Origin: Candidatus Micrarchaeota archaeon
GTDB lineage: Archaea; Micrarchaeota; Micrarchaeia; Anstonellales; Bilamarchaeaceae
DNA length: 64,000 nucleotides
Reading direction: 5' to 3'
Assembly (NCBI GenBank): GCA_038046765.1
Contig: JBBSVN010000001.1
Location: 13,293 to 77,292, forward strand
Shown in pieces: positions 56,013 through 64,000 of this stretch. Position 1 is the stretch's first letter. Every line of letters begins with the position of its first letter. A program made the position numbers and the translations under genes. The notes under the pieces were generated by a model that worked only from the letters and a program-made list of their open reading frames with translations, had not been told where the DNA came from and did not search any database.

Positions 56013-56529
56013 CCCAAATAAAAATGCCTTTATTTATCCTTTGATAGAGTGGTTTATCTTTTTCCATTAAATTCGAATATTCCAAGCTATTTAATATTAA
56101 TGGAGAGACTTTAGAAAACTTTTGTATTGCTTCAAATACTTTGCTTTTTTCGCTACTTAGTATAAATAAGTCGATATCACTATCTGAAGTGTTGGTACCT
56201 TCGGCACAGCTACCAAATAGAATAACTTGTCTACTAAAAAGCTTAATTTTTTCTACAATTTCTTTTTCTAGAAATTCCACAACCATGGAAATCTTTAGTT
56301 GTCTTACTCTTGCGCTCTTGTCATTTCTTTTGTAAAGGGTCATTCTTCCTAGTTTTCTTTTTTCAACTAAATTTTCTTTAGTAAACTTCTTTAATACTGA
56401 ATTTGCAGATCCAACGCTGACCTTTGCTTTTTTGGCAATTTTTCTTTCATACATTTCTTCATCTTGCTCTAAAATGAAGTTCAGTATTTTTACTTCTGTT
56501 TTTGAAAGCAAATTCAATTTTTTGAACAT
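55987..56529 (-). CDS. minimal nucleotidyltransferase (MNT) fused to an N-terminal winged-helix domain
   Basis: GSCAEGTNTSDSDIDLFIL matches the GS..G....SD.DL signature. The N-terminal 70 aa look like a MarR/wHTH domain. Confidence 0.8.
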   Translation of the reverse strand: MFKKLNLLSKTEVKILNFILEQDEEMYERKIAKKAKVSVGSANSVLKKFTKENLVEKRKLGRMTLYKRNDKSARVRQLKISMVVEFLEKEIVEKIKLFSRQVILFGSCAEGTNTSDSDIDLFILSSEKSKVFEAIQKFSKVSPLILNSLEYSNLMEKDKPLYQRINKGIFIWDDQNESRF

Positions 56530-56575
56530 AAGTTCAATTTAATGAACAAACGTTTATTAAATATTTGCATTTTGA

Positions 56576-57337
56576 CTACTTTTTAGTTGATTTGCCAAGT
56601 TTCCAAAGGAGGTTAAAGTAATGGAGGTAACTATCAGCTACTTCTTTATTTTTAATCAAAATCGATAGTTTCTGTTGTTCGGTAACAACCATTATCGCAA
56701 CATATTCTTTGAAAATATGAATGAATGCTGGAGTTTTGATATTTTTTGGCAAATATCTTTGCTCTGCGTAAGGTCTAGGTTCTCTTTTCTTTCCAAACCA
56801 CGTATCGTAATCATAGAGAATTTTACTGTGAACTTTTTTCTTAGTCATCTTTATGTGAAAATCCTTAAAATATGCATTAAGTAATTGGCTAGCTAAAAGT
56901 GGGTAACCTATAGTATAAAACGTTTCATTAGAAGTAGTTAATTCAAGCGAGAGATCATAGACGCTTTTTACTCCCCTTAGCCCTTCTAAAAGTTCTACAG
57001 AATATTCTTCTTTTTCTTTTGAATAAAGTTGCTTCAGTTGAGGTATAATCTGGTCTAGGTCGAATTTAGTTTTAACCAATTCCTGCTCTTTTAAATCTAA
57101 TAGATGCCTTATTGCATTTGGTCTATTAGCCCGGAATTTTTTAACCCCTCCTTGAAGAAAATAACCAACTAAGCCTTTTTGTACGAGCTTATCTAATATG
57201 TAATAAATTTTAGATGAAGGAATGTTCGTATTTTTAACAAGAGGTCCAGTTGTAATTTCCCCTAGATTAAGAAGAGTAAAATAAACTTTGATTTCTTTGT
57301 CATCAAGGCCGAGTTTTTTTAATGTACTTAAATCCAT
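56576..57337 (-). CDS. TrmB-family transcriptional regulator
   Basis: LGLDDKEIKVYFTLLNLGEITTGPLVKNTNIPSSKIYYILDKLVQKGLV is the TrmB wHTH, followed by a C-terminal sensor-like domain. Confidence 0.8.
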   Translation of the reverse strand: MDLSTLKKLGLDDKEIKVYFTLLNLGEITTGPLVKNTNIPSSKIYYILDKLVQKGLVGYFLQGGVKKFRANRPNAIRHLLDLKEQELVKTKFDLDQIIPQLKQLYSKEKEEYSVELLEGLRGVKSVYDLSLELTTSNETFYTIGYPLLASQLLNAYFKDFHIKMTKKKVHSKILYDYDTWFGKKREPRPYAEQRYLPKNIKTPAFIHIFKEYVAIMVVTEQQKLSILIKNKEVADSYLHYFNLLWKLGKSTKK

Positions 57338-57360
57338 ACTACTACCAAATAGTAGTAGTA
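57337..57360. promoter_or_regulatory. perfect 9-bp inverted repeat in the TrmB / HD-gene divergent promoter (candidate operator)
   Basis: TACTACTAC caaata GTAGTAGTA. It begins at the TrmB start codon and lies about 35 nt upstream of the HD gene ATG. Confidence 0.5.
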
Positions 57361-57393
57361 AAAGGATATATTTATAATTAACCTAGTATATTT

Positions 57394-58026
57394 ATGGCTT
57401 ACACATACAATCCAATCTATACTCATTTTAAAGGAGACAACATCTCACGTTGTGAATTAATTGAAAGAAAGGTCGTAGAAATAATTTTGAAAAGTGAAAT
57501 GCCTGACGAAGAAAGGTCATGGGGTAAAACCTTTGAACTAAAGCATAGCTCAGCAGTAACTCAAATAGGCAGAATTTTAGCGCAGAAAAGAGGATTAGAT
57601 CCAGAACTAGGTGCGATTATATGTGCAATGCACGACATTTATGTTTTTACGACTGGAAGGGTTACTGATCATGCTCACAAAGGAGCACCTATTGCTAAAA
57701 AAATATTGGAAGAAACCAAGAAGTTTACGAGCCAAGAAATAGAAACGATAACAACTGCAATATATGCTCACAGTGATAAACATCTCGTGTCTGATAATCC
57801 TTATGTTGAACTTGTTAAGGATGCAGATGTACTAGATTGTGGGCTCTATGAAGGAGTTCACGATGCGTATGTTTATGAAAAATCTCCTGAAAACTGCAGA
57901 CATTACTTTGATCGAATTAAAAGAGTTCGAACTGAACTTGGATTGCCTAAAGATGCAAAATGGGATAGCATAAAATATATAGAACAAGGGAAATATTTTA
58001 AAGAGGAGAAAAAGAATGAAAACTGA
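57394..58026 (+). CDS. HD-domain phosphohydrolase family protein
   Basis: LKHSSAVTQIGRILA...CAMHDI (H...HD) and a later HSD segment. Confidence 0.7.
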   Translation: MAYTYNPIYTHFKGDNISRCELIERKVVEIILKSEMPDEERSWGKTFELKHSSAVTQIGRILAQKRGLDPELGAIICAMHDIYVFTTGRVTDHAHKGAPIAKKILEETKKFTSQEIETITTAIYAHSDKHLVSDNPYVELVKDADVLDCGLYEGVHDAYVYEKSPENCRHYFDRIKRVRTELGLPKDAKWDSIKYIEQGKYFKEEKKNEN

Positions 58027-59455
58027 ACATTGGTTTACCTGGGAAAGGGAAGCAACAATTCATCCAATACTTATGTGCATGGAAGCTTGGATCGAACCAA
58101 TGGCAAAAGCTTATGCAAGACCTTGGCCAACTACAATAATTATCTATAATGGAGATATTGTTTCTTGGTATAATCCTTGGGTGGAACTTCTGGACTATGG
58201 AGATTTTCTTATAAAAAGATTTTCTAAACCAGATGAACAAAAAGCATTAGTGGAACAGATAGAAAGATATGCAAAAGAAATAGTAAATATGTTTAGAGAA
58301 TTTGAAGAAATAGACCTGAGCGATTTATCTGCTAAAGAAATTTTACCTATTTATAATATCCTTCACAAAAATTATGTAAACTGGTTTATTCCAGGTGGCT
58401 TAGTAGAACCAATAGGGCATCAGGGAGAAAAACTTGTACGAAAATTGCTTGAGAATTTAGATGAAACTGAAAAGAACGATTCATTCACCATACTAACCTC
58501 AGCTACTAAAGAATCTTTTAGCAGACGCGAATTAAAGGAACTTTTAGAAATTGCAATAGTAAAAAAAGAAGGAAAAGATGTCAGCAAACTTTTGCAATTG
58601 CATGCTAAAAAATATTTTTGGACTCATAATAATTACTTTGTAACTGAGGTTTTGGATAAAAAATTCTTTGAAAAAGAATTTGAACTAGTTATTGCAAAGT
58701 ATTCTGATCCAAAACAAGAAATAATCAGAATGGATGAAGAACTTAAGAAAGTTCAAAAAGACAAAGAAGAGCTACTAGGAAAACTGAAAATCGATCAAGA
58801 TGGAAGAAATTTAATCGAACTACTTAATTTATTTAGTTGGTATCAAGACTATCGAAAAGAAATTACAATGCAAATGCTACACTATTTGGATTGGGTTTTA
58901 GAAGAAATCGGAGCACGAAACGAAATTAGTTTGAAGGAAATGAAATACACTATGGCTACGGAAATCCCTGCTTTACTTGAAGGTAATTTTGATAAAGATG
59001 TTTTGAAAGAACGAATGAAAAGGTTCCTATTTTATTATGATTACAAAGAAAATAAAATTGAATCCGGTACAGGCGAATGGAGTGTAAAAAAAGAAAAGGA
59101 AATATTCCAATCTTTAAAACATGAAGATGAAATCCTGGAATTAAGTGGAATGGTTGCAAGCAGGGGTTTTGTTAGGGGAATTGCAAGAGTGGCGATGAGC
59201 GCAAGCTATGCAACGAATATCCTTCCGGGGGAAATCTTAATTAGTTCAATGACTACTCCTGATTTTGTAACTTCTATGAAAAGAGCTGCTGCAATTGTCA
59301 CCAATGAAGGCGGAATTTTATGCCATGCCGCCGTAATTGCAAGAGAGTTTGGACTTCCCTGCATTGTCGGAACAAAGCTCGCTACAAAGGTTTTCAAAAC
59401 AGGAGATTTAATCGAAGTTGATGGTGAACTGGGAGTTGTAAGGAAAATAAAATAA
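58016..59455 (+). CDS. PEP-utilising-enzyme mobile (swivelling phosphohistidine) domain protein without ATP-grasp domain
   Basis: The C-terminus TTPDFVTSMKRAAAIVTNEGGILCHAAVIAREFGLPCIVG is the PEP_mobile signature. The N-terminal about 370 aa is helical and unassigned. Overlaps the HD gene by 11 nt. Confidence 0.75.
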   Translation: MKTEHWFTWEREATIHPILMCMEAWIEPMAKAYARPWPTTIIIYNGDIVSWYNPWVELLDYGDFLIKRFSKPDEQKALVEQIERYAKEIVNMFREFEEIDLSDLSAKEILPIYNILHKNYVNWFIPGGLVEPIGHQGEKLVRKLLENLDETEKNDSFTILTSATKESFSRRELKELLEIAIVKKEGKDVSKLLQLHAKKYFWTHNNYFVTEVLDKKFFEKEFELVIAKYSDPKQEIIRMDEELKKVQKDKEELLGKLKIDQDGRNLIELLNLFSWYQDYRKEITMQMLHYLDWVLEEIGARNEISLKEMKYTMATEIPALLEGNFDKDVLKERMKRFLFYYDYKENKIESGTGEWSVKKEKEIFQSLKHEDEILELSGMVASRGFVRGIARVAMSASYATNILPGEILISSMTTPDFVTSMKRAAAIVTNEGGILCHAAVIAREFGLPCIVGTKLATKVFKTGDLIEVDGELGVVRKIK

Positions 59456-59470
59456 ATCAGAGATAGCTTT

Positions 59471-59536
59471 AAAAGTATGTAGTTTCTAAATATACATATT
59501 ATTAAAAGTATGTAGTTTGGTGATATACATATTATT
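59471..59536 (+). repeat. 33-bp tandem duplication spanning the start of the COG1373 ATPase copy 2
   Basis: Unit 1 is aaaagtatgtagttt-ctaaa-tatacatattatt (59471-59503). Unit 2 is aaaagtatgtagttt-ggtga-tatacatattatt (59504-59536). They match at 28 of 33 positions, and all 5 mismatches are central. Confidence 0.85.
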
Positions 59537-60740
59537 AGAAGATGCTTTAATCGAAACAAATCCTTGGTGGAAAGGGGAATTCTTTAAAATAGATATAAAA
59601 CCCAGAAGGATATACTATACTTTGCTCCCTTACTTAGAAAAGAAACAGGTAATCGGAATTTATGGATTACGTAGAACAGGCAAATCTTACTTAACATTTT
59701 ACTTAATAAAAAAACTAATTGAAAAAGAAAATCCAAAATCAATTTTTTATTTCTCTTTTGATGAGTTTAATCAAACTAACATTTCGGATGTTCTTAAGGT
59801 TGCGGAACAATTCACTAAGACTCCAATAAAATTTGTTTTTTTTGATGAGATTCAAAAACTCGATAACTGGACTGAACAAATAAAAAGATTATACGATTTT
59901 AGAAATCTTAAGATAGTTCTTACAGGTTCAGAAACATTAATGCTTAGAAAAAGCTCTAGGGAATCACTCGCAGGGAGGATATTTGAATTTAAAATGAACC
60001 CACTTTCTTTTTCTGAATATCTTGAATTTAAAGGGATTTTGAATGATAAATTACACGAAAATGAAATAAAAGAAGCAGTAGAACATTACATGCTAATTTC
60101 GGGGTTTCCTGAATTAGTTAATGAAACTGAACATCTCTTTATCAAAAAATATATAAAAGAAGGGATATTAGAAAAGGCAATCTACAAAGACATTCCAAAA
60201 AGATATAAAATAGATGATCCCTCGCTTTTGGAAAGAATGATGAATATAATTGCCAACAATCCCGGGTTGTTGATTGATAAAAATAGTTTTGCCAGGGATC
60301 TTGGTGTTTTTAGGCAAACTATTTCAAAATATCTTTTTTATCTTGAAAGTTCCTTTTTGATAAAAAGTTTGTATAATTATTCTAAAAATGCTAGTACAAG
60401 TGAAAAGAAACTTAAAAAGTATTATCTGGGGTTTTCGCCTTTAGCTGTTGAATTAAATCATGAAAATGAATTTATTGGTAAAGTAGTTGAAAATATATGT
60501 ATTCTAAAAAGTAATGCAAAATTTTTCTGGAGATCTGCGCAAAAAGATGAAGTAGACATTATTTTGGAAAATCCAGTTTTTCCTGTTGAAGTTAAATATC
60601 GTAATCAGGTTAGTTCTGGTGGAATTGATAGATTTAAGGAATTATTTAAGGTAAAACGTAGTTTAGTTATAACTAAAGATATTGAAAAAATAGACGGAGA
60701 TAAAAAATACGTTCCATTTTGGAAATGGTTACTCGAATAA
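59517..60740 (+). CDS. AAA+ ATPase with DUF4143-type C-terminal domain (COG1373 family), copy 2
   Basis: NPWW N-terminal motif, Walker A GLRRTGKSY, Walker B VFFDEIQ. C-terminus YVPFWKWLLE. The TTG/GTG start lies inside repeat unit 2. Confidence 0.8.
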   Translation: MVIYILLEDALIETNPWWKGEFFKIDIKPRRIYYTLLPYLEKKQVIGIYGLRRTGKSYLTFYLIKKLIEKENPKSIFYFSFDEFNQTNISDVLKVAEQFTKTPIKFVFFDEIQKLDNWTEQIKRLYDFRNLKIVLTGSETLMLRKSSRESLAGRIFEFKMNPLSFSEYLEFKGILNDKLHENEIKEAVEHYMLISGFPELVNETEHLFIKKYIKEGILEKAIYKDIPKRYKIDDPSLLERMMNIIANNPGLLIDKNSFARDLGVFRQTISKYLFYLESSFLIKSLYNYSKNASTSEKKLKKYYLGFSPLAVELNHENEFIGKVVENICILKSNAKFFWRSAQKDEVDIILENPVFPVEVKYRNQVSSGGIDRFKELFKVKRSLVITKDIEKIDGDKKYVPFWKWLLE

Positions 60741-60744
60741 AAGA

Positions 60745-61218
60745 TCAAAACTCCTCCATTTCTCCTTTATTTTCAATCTTCTTTTTGTTTAAAGTTTCTA
60801 AGTCCTTTATTAGTTGCTCTGAGTTTTCAAAATTATCTATTTTTATCATGAATCTTTTTCGATCGGATTTGATCCAAATGCTCTTTGTTTTAACTGGTTC
60901 AGATAATCTTTCAATACGACCTACGATTGTTTTATAATCGATTTTATCAAATTTAGTTATCTTAACGCTTCTAAATGAATAATTTAAAATAAGTTCCTTG
61001 TTCGTCATTTCGATACTAAAAATTTCCAGGTAAAACATCAACAAGGTAAGTAGTGCCCCACAAATTCCAATAATTGAAAAGAAGATACTAAAGGGATTTA
61101 CAAAACCTTTAGTTAAACCTAAAAATCCGAAAAACAGAAACAGCGAACAACCAATAATCAGTAAAAGATATGTTAAGAAAATTTGAATAAATGCAGATTG
61201 TTTTAACTTGTATTTCAT
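60745..61218 (-). CDS. membrane protein (2-3 TM) with a small C-terminal soluble domain
   Basis: 157 aa. The hydrophobic N-terminal half is followed by a beta-rich region and an acidic tail. Confidence 0.55.
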   Translation of the reverse strand: MKYKLKQSAFIQIFLTYLLLIIGCSLFLFFGFLGLTKGFVNPFSIFFSIIGICGALLTLLMFYLEIFSIEMTNKELILNYSFRSVKITKFDKIDYKTIVGRIERLSEPVKTKSIWIKSDRKRFMIKIDNFENSEQLIKDLETLNKKKIENKGEMEEF

Positions 61219-61273
61219 ATCTAGTTAATTAAGATAAAAATTAAAAATTAGTTACTTCGTTGTCAATTACAAA

Positions 61274-61314
61274 TTATTATCCCACTGTAGGATTATCCTG
61301 TGGCAGGATAATAA
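61274..61314. terminator. ATTATCC-motif cluster forming alternative hairpins just downstream of ORF 61315-61824
   Basis: TTATTATCC (61274-61282) is the perfect complement of GGATAATAA (61306-61314). A second direct ATTATCC lies at 61292-61298. Confidence 0.35.
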
Positions 61315-61824
61315 CTAAATAATCTCACAGCCTCTTCTAATTGTAGTCTCCTGTGGTTCATTTATCGCATCGCTCTTTTCAGTTCGATTTATTAACTCCA
61401 ATTCCTCTGGATTATATCCTTCTCGTTTATTTTCTATATCTATAGGTATTGCAACGTAAAGACAAGCTGCTTGTGTTGGTACTCCTTTTACTTTAAGGTT
61501 TATTCTAGGGTCTAAAGGATTATCTGCAGGAGCTGCATCGTACTTGGCTGATTTTACTACATAAATTCTAGCATTTTCTTTAGTTGCAAGTGCTTTTGCT
61601 TCATCTAATTTTGGAATGTTAAAACTTCCTATAATCGTTCCGATTACGTTTCCTTCACTAAAATTATCCGCTCGACTAACTTCTCCACTTGATAAATATA
61701 ATGGGTGGCTATTTGCCCACAAAGTTGGCGTATTAAAATGAAGTTTTCCTGTTGTAAAATCAGTGGGTGGGGCGATGATCTTTGTTGTAATTTTTACTTC
61801 TGGTGCTGGAATTCTAGTTTTCAT
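61315..61824 (-). CDS. hypothetical protein (169 aa)
   Basis: ORF with normal codon usage. No motif assigned. Confidence 0.5.
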   Translation of the reverse strand: MKTRIPAPEVKITTKIIAPPTDFTTGKLHFNTPTLWANSHPLYLSSGEVSRADNFSEGNVIGTIIGSFNIPKLDEAKALATKENARIYVVKSAKYDAAPADNPLDPRINLKVKGVPTQAACLYVAIPIDIENKREGYNPEELELINRTEKSDAINEPQETTIRRGCEII

Positions 61825-61992
61825 ATTTATTACCTGTATTAAATTAGTTCAAAATAGTTTATAAAAATTCATTTCTATTATTTTAGCCTAGTTTTGGTAG
61901 AAATAGAATAATAAAATTAAAAAATCCAAAAATAAAAAGCTTAAAAGAAATAAACTAAAAATAAAAAAAAACAAAAAATTAAAAATAAAAGT

Positions 61993-63978
61993 TTAACCAA
62001 GTATCCCAATCGACTTCGCAACCAATATTGATGCAAAAACCAATGAAACCGTGTTTACTACTTTTATTAAAGCGTTTAAACTTGGTCCAGCAGTATCTTT
62101 AAGTGGATCACCAACCGTATCTCCAACTACTGCTGCCTTGTGCGTATCGCTTCCTTTTCCTCCAAGCGCTCCTCCTTCGATGTATTTTTTAGCATTATCC
62201 CAAGCTGCTCCTGCTGTTGTCATTACTAAAGCAAGTAAAAACCCGCTTGCAATTGCTCCAGCTAGTAAACCTCCTAAAGCTGCTACTCCAAATACATAAC
62301 CGACTAATAATGGAGTAAAGACTGCGATTATTCCTGGAAGAGTTAATTCCCGAAGTGCAGTTTTGGTTGAAATATCAACACATTTTGCATAATCTGGGGT
62401 TGCTTTTCCTTCCATCAATCCTTTTATTTCTCTAAATTGTCGTCTTACTTCTTCAACAATTTCGAATGCTGCCTTTCCAACAGCCCGAATTAAAAGGCTC
62501 GAGAATATAAATGGCAAGAGCGCGCCAATAAATAATCCGATCGTTACACTTGGTTGCAATAAATTTATTGAAGTTAATTTACTTTCAACTGCAAAAGATG
62601 CAAATAATGCTAAAGCTCCAAGGGCAGCTCCTGCTATTGCGTATCCTTTGGTTGTTGCTTTAGTTGTGTTTCCAACTGCATCAAGTGCGTCCGTTACCTT
62701 TCTTATTTTTTCATCTAATCCTGACATTTCAGCTATTCCGCCAGCGTTATCCGTTATAGGGCCATATGCATCGATCGCAATTATTATCGCGCTCATACTT
62801 AACATTGCGGAAGCGGCTACTGCAACTGCATATACTCCTCCTAAGGAATACGCTGCTGCGATTGCGGCTATTATTATTATTGTAGGTAGAAGTGTTGACT
62901 CCATACCTATTGCTAATCCTTGTATTATTGTTGTAGCTGCGCCCGTTTTACCGGCGTTTGCTATTTCTTGAACTGGAGAATACTCCTTTGCTGTATAATA
63001 CTCTGTAACATAAAACATCAGAATTGTAACTGCAACTCCGATTACTACTGAGAGGAACAGCGAAAAGTTATTTCCTGGTAATAATACTACTAACATTACG
63101 TAAGATAAGGCTAACATAATTATTGCGGTTGCGAAAATTCCATTATAAAACGCTCCCATTATATTGTTGTTTTTTGCTAGTTTAACAAATAATGAACCGA
63201 TTATACTTGCTAATACTCCCGCGGATGCGATTAAAATCGGTATCGCTGGATTTCCTAAAAGCATAGCTGCCATTACCGTAACTACAAAACTTTCAAATAC
63301 ATCTGCTGCCATTCCTGCGCAGTCACCAACGTTATCCCCTACATTATCTGCGATAACTGCTGGGTTTCTTGGGTCGTCTTCTGGAATTCCTTTTTCTACT
63401 TTACCAACTAAGTCAGCTCCAACGTCTGCTGCTTTTGTATAAATTCCACCTCCAACTCTAGAGAATAACGAAATTAATGACGCTCCAAATGCGTATCCAA
63501 TTAGTGCGTTCGTATTGCCAAATATAACATACGTTCCAACTAACCCTACAAGTCCTAAACCAGCTAAGGCGAATCCGGTTACAGCGCCTCCTTTAAACGC
63601 CATATCCAGTGCGCTTGCCATTCCTTTTTTAGCTGTTTCGGCTACTCGTACATTTGCCCTTACACTAACTTGCATTCCTACATATCCAGCAAGTGCGCTT
63701 GAAACTACCCCTAGTAAAAATGTGATCGCTGTTGTTGATGAATTTAAGCCGAGCCATATAACTACAAACAATACTAACACAACTGGAAGAAGTGTCTTAT
63801 ATTGCCTAGATAAAAATGCGTCTGCTCCCGTATGAATTGCCTTTGCAATGCTCTGCATTTTTTCATTTCCCTTTGGTGCTTTTGTTATTACAAAGGTTAA
63901 ATATGCGGCATACAAAAGTGAAATTAAACCAATTACAAAACCTATCGTGAGTGCTGATTGCATTGACAGGTCAATCAT
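61993..63978 (-). CDS. hppA: membrane-bound proton/sodium-translocating pyrophosphatase
   Basis: 661 aa. [38 protein letters not shown] and [17 protein letters not shown] motifs. Confidence 0.95.
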   Translation of the reverse strand: MIDLSMQSALTIGFVIGLISLLYAAYLTFVITKAPKGNEKMQSIAKAIHTGADAFLSRQYKTLLPVVLVLFVVIWLGLNSSTTAITFLLGVVSSALAGYVGMQVSVRANVRVAETAKKGMASALDMAFKGGAVTGFALAGLGLVGLVGTYVIFGNTNALIGYAFGASLISLFSRVGGGIYTKAADVGADLVGKVEKGIPEDDPRNPAVIADNVGDNVGDCAGMAADVFESFVVTVMAAMLLGNPAIPILIASAGVLASIIGSLFVKLAKNNNIMGAFYNGIFATAIIMLALSYVMLVVLLPGNNFSLFLSVVIGVAVTILMFYVTEYYTAKEYSPVQEIANAGKTGAATTIIQGLAIGMESTLLPTIIIIAAIAAAYSLGGVYAVAVAASAMLSMSAIIIAIDAYGPITDNAGGIAEMSGLDEKIRKVTDALDAVGNTTKATTKGYAIAGAALGALALFASFAVESKLTSINLLQPSVTIGLFIGALLPFIFSSLLIRAVGKAAFEIVEEVRRQFREIKGLMEGKATPDYAKCVDISTKTALRELTLPGIIAVFTPLLVGYVFGVAALGGLLAGAIASGFLLALVMTTAGAAWDNAKKYIEGGALGGKGSDTHKAAVVGDTVGDPLKDTAGPSLNALIKVVNTVSLVFASILVAKSIGILG

Positions 63979-64000
63979 ATTTGCTACTAACGTTGTTGCT

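Noticed and set aside
62051-63835. Track ORFs antisense or out of frame within hppA. The same applies to 10815-11650 in the kinase, 26349-26627 in rpiA, 34593-35078 over pcn, and 707-2596 within polB.
   Set aside because: They overlap strongly supported genes, have low-complexity or hydrophobic translations, and arise where local composition depletes stop codons.
1-64000. Looked for a reverse transcriptase, CRISPR arrays, cas genes, rRNA genes, transposases and integrases.
   Set aside because: No ORF shows RT (YxDD), Cas, transposase or integrase motifs. No regularly spaced direct repeats and no rRNA-like G+C-rich blocks were seen.

Overview
AT-rich (roughly one-third G+C by eye), tightly packed archaeal chromosomal segment. 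Archaeal markers include family-B DNA polymerase, PCNA, Pelota, Pus10, RpoK, type-2 methionine aminopeptidase, a Hef-like helicase, an Lhr-like helicase and a Y-family polymerase. The small genes, many Asn-rich secreted or lipobox proteins, serpin and membrane pyrophosphatase suggest a DPANN-like archaeon, but that is inference. I call about 70 CDS, one tRNA (initiator Met, apparently with two non-canonical introns), no rRNA and no CRISPR. Accessory content: two VapBC (AbrB-PIN) pairs, one HEPN-MNT pair, two COG1373 (AAA+/DUF4143) ATPases, a free-standing LAGLIDADG endonuclease, and a Liv-type ABC transporter operon interrupted by a HEAT-repeat gene and odd spacers. The most interesting signal is two locally G+C-rich, adenine-poor, NNC-codon-rich patches of about 105-135 bp, each followed by a hairpin. 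They sit at the 3' ends of two paralogous C-terminal modules: one fused to a Ser/Thr kinase (11.5 kb), one in a stand-alone protein (40.6 kb). This looks like variable regions of a diversity-generating retroelement (DGR), but I find no reverse transcriptase or template repeat in the window, so it stays a hypothesis. A second structural oddity is a pair of paralogous HExxH proteins in inverted orientation. Each is convergently paired with a small signal-anchored helical protein, and together they bracket the 39.9-44.8 kb block. Other points: two PIN toxin genes lacking ATG/GTG/TTG starts, an alaX gene with one in-frame TAA, and a degenerate heptamer array between livK and livH.
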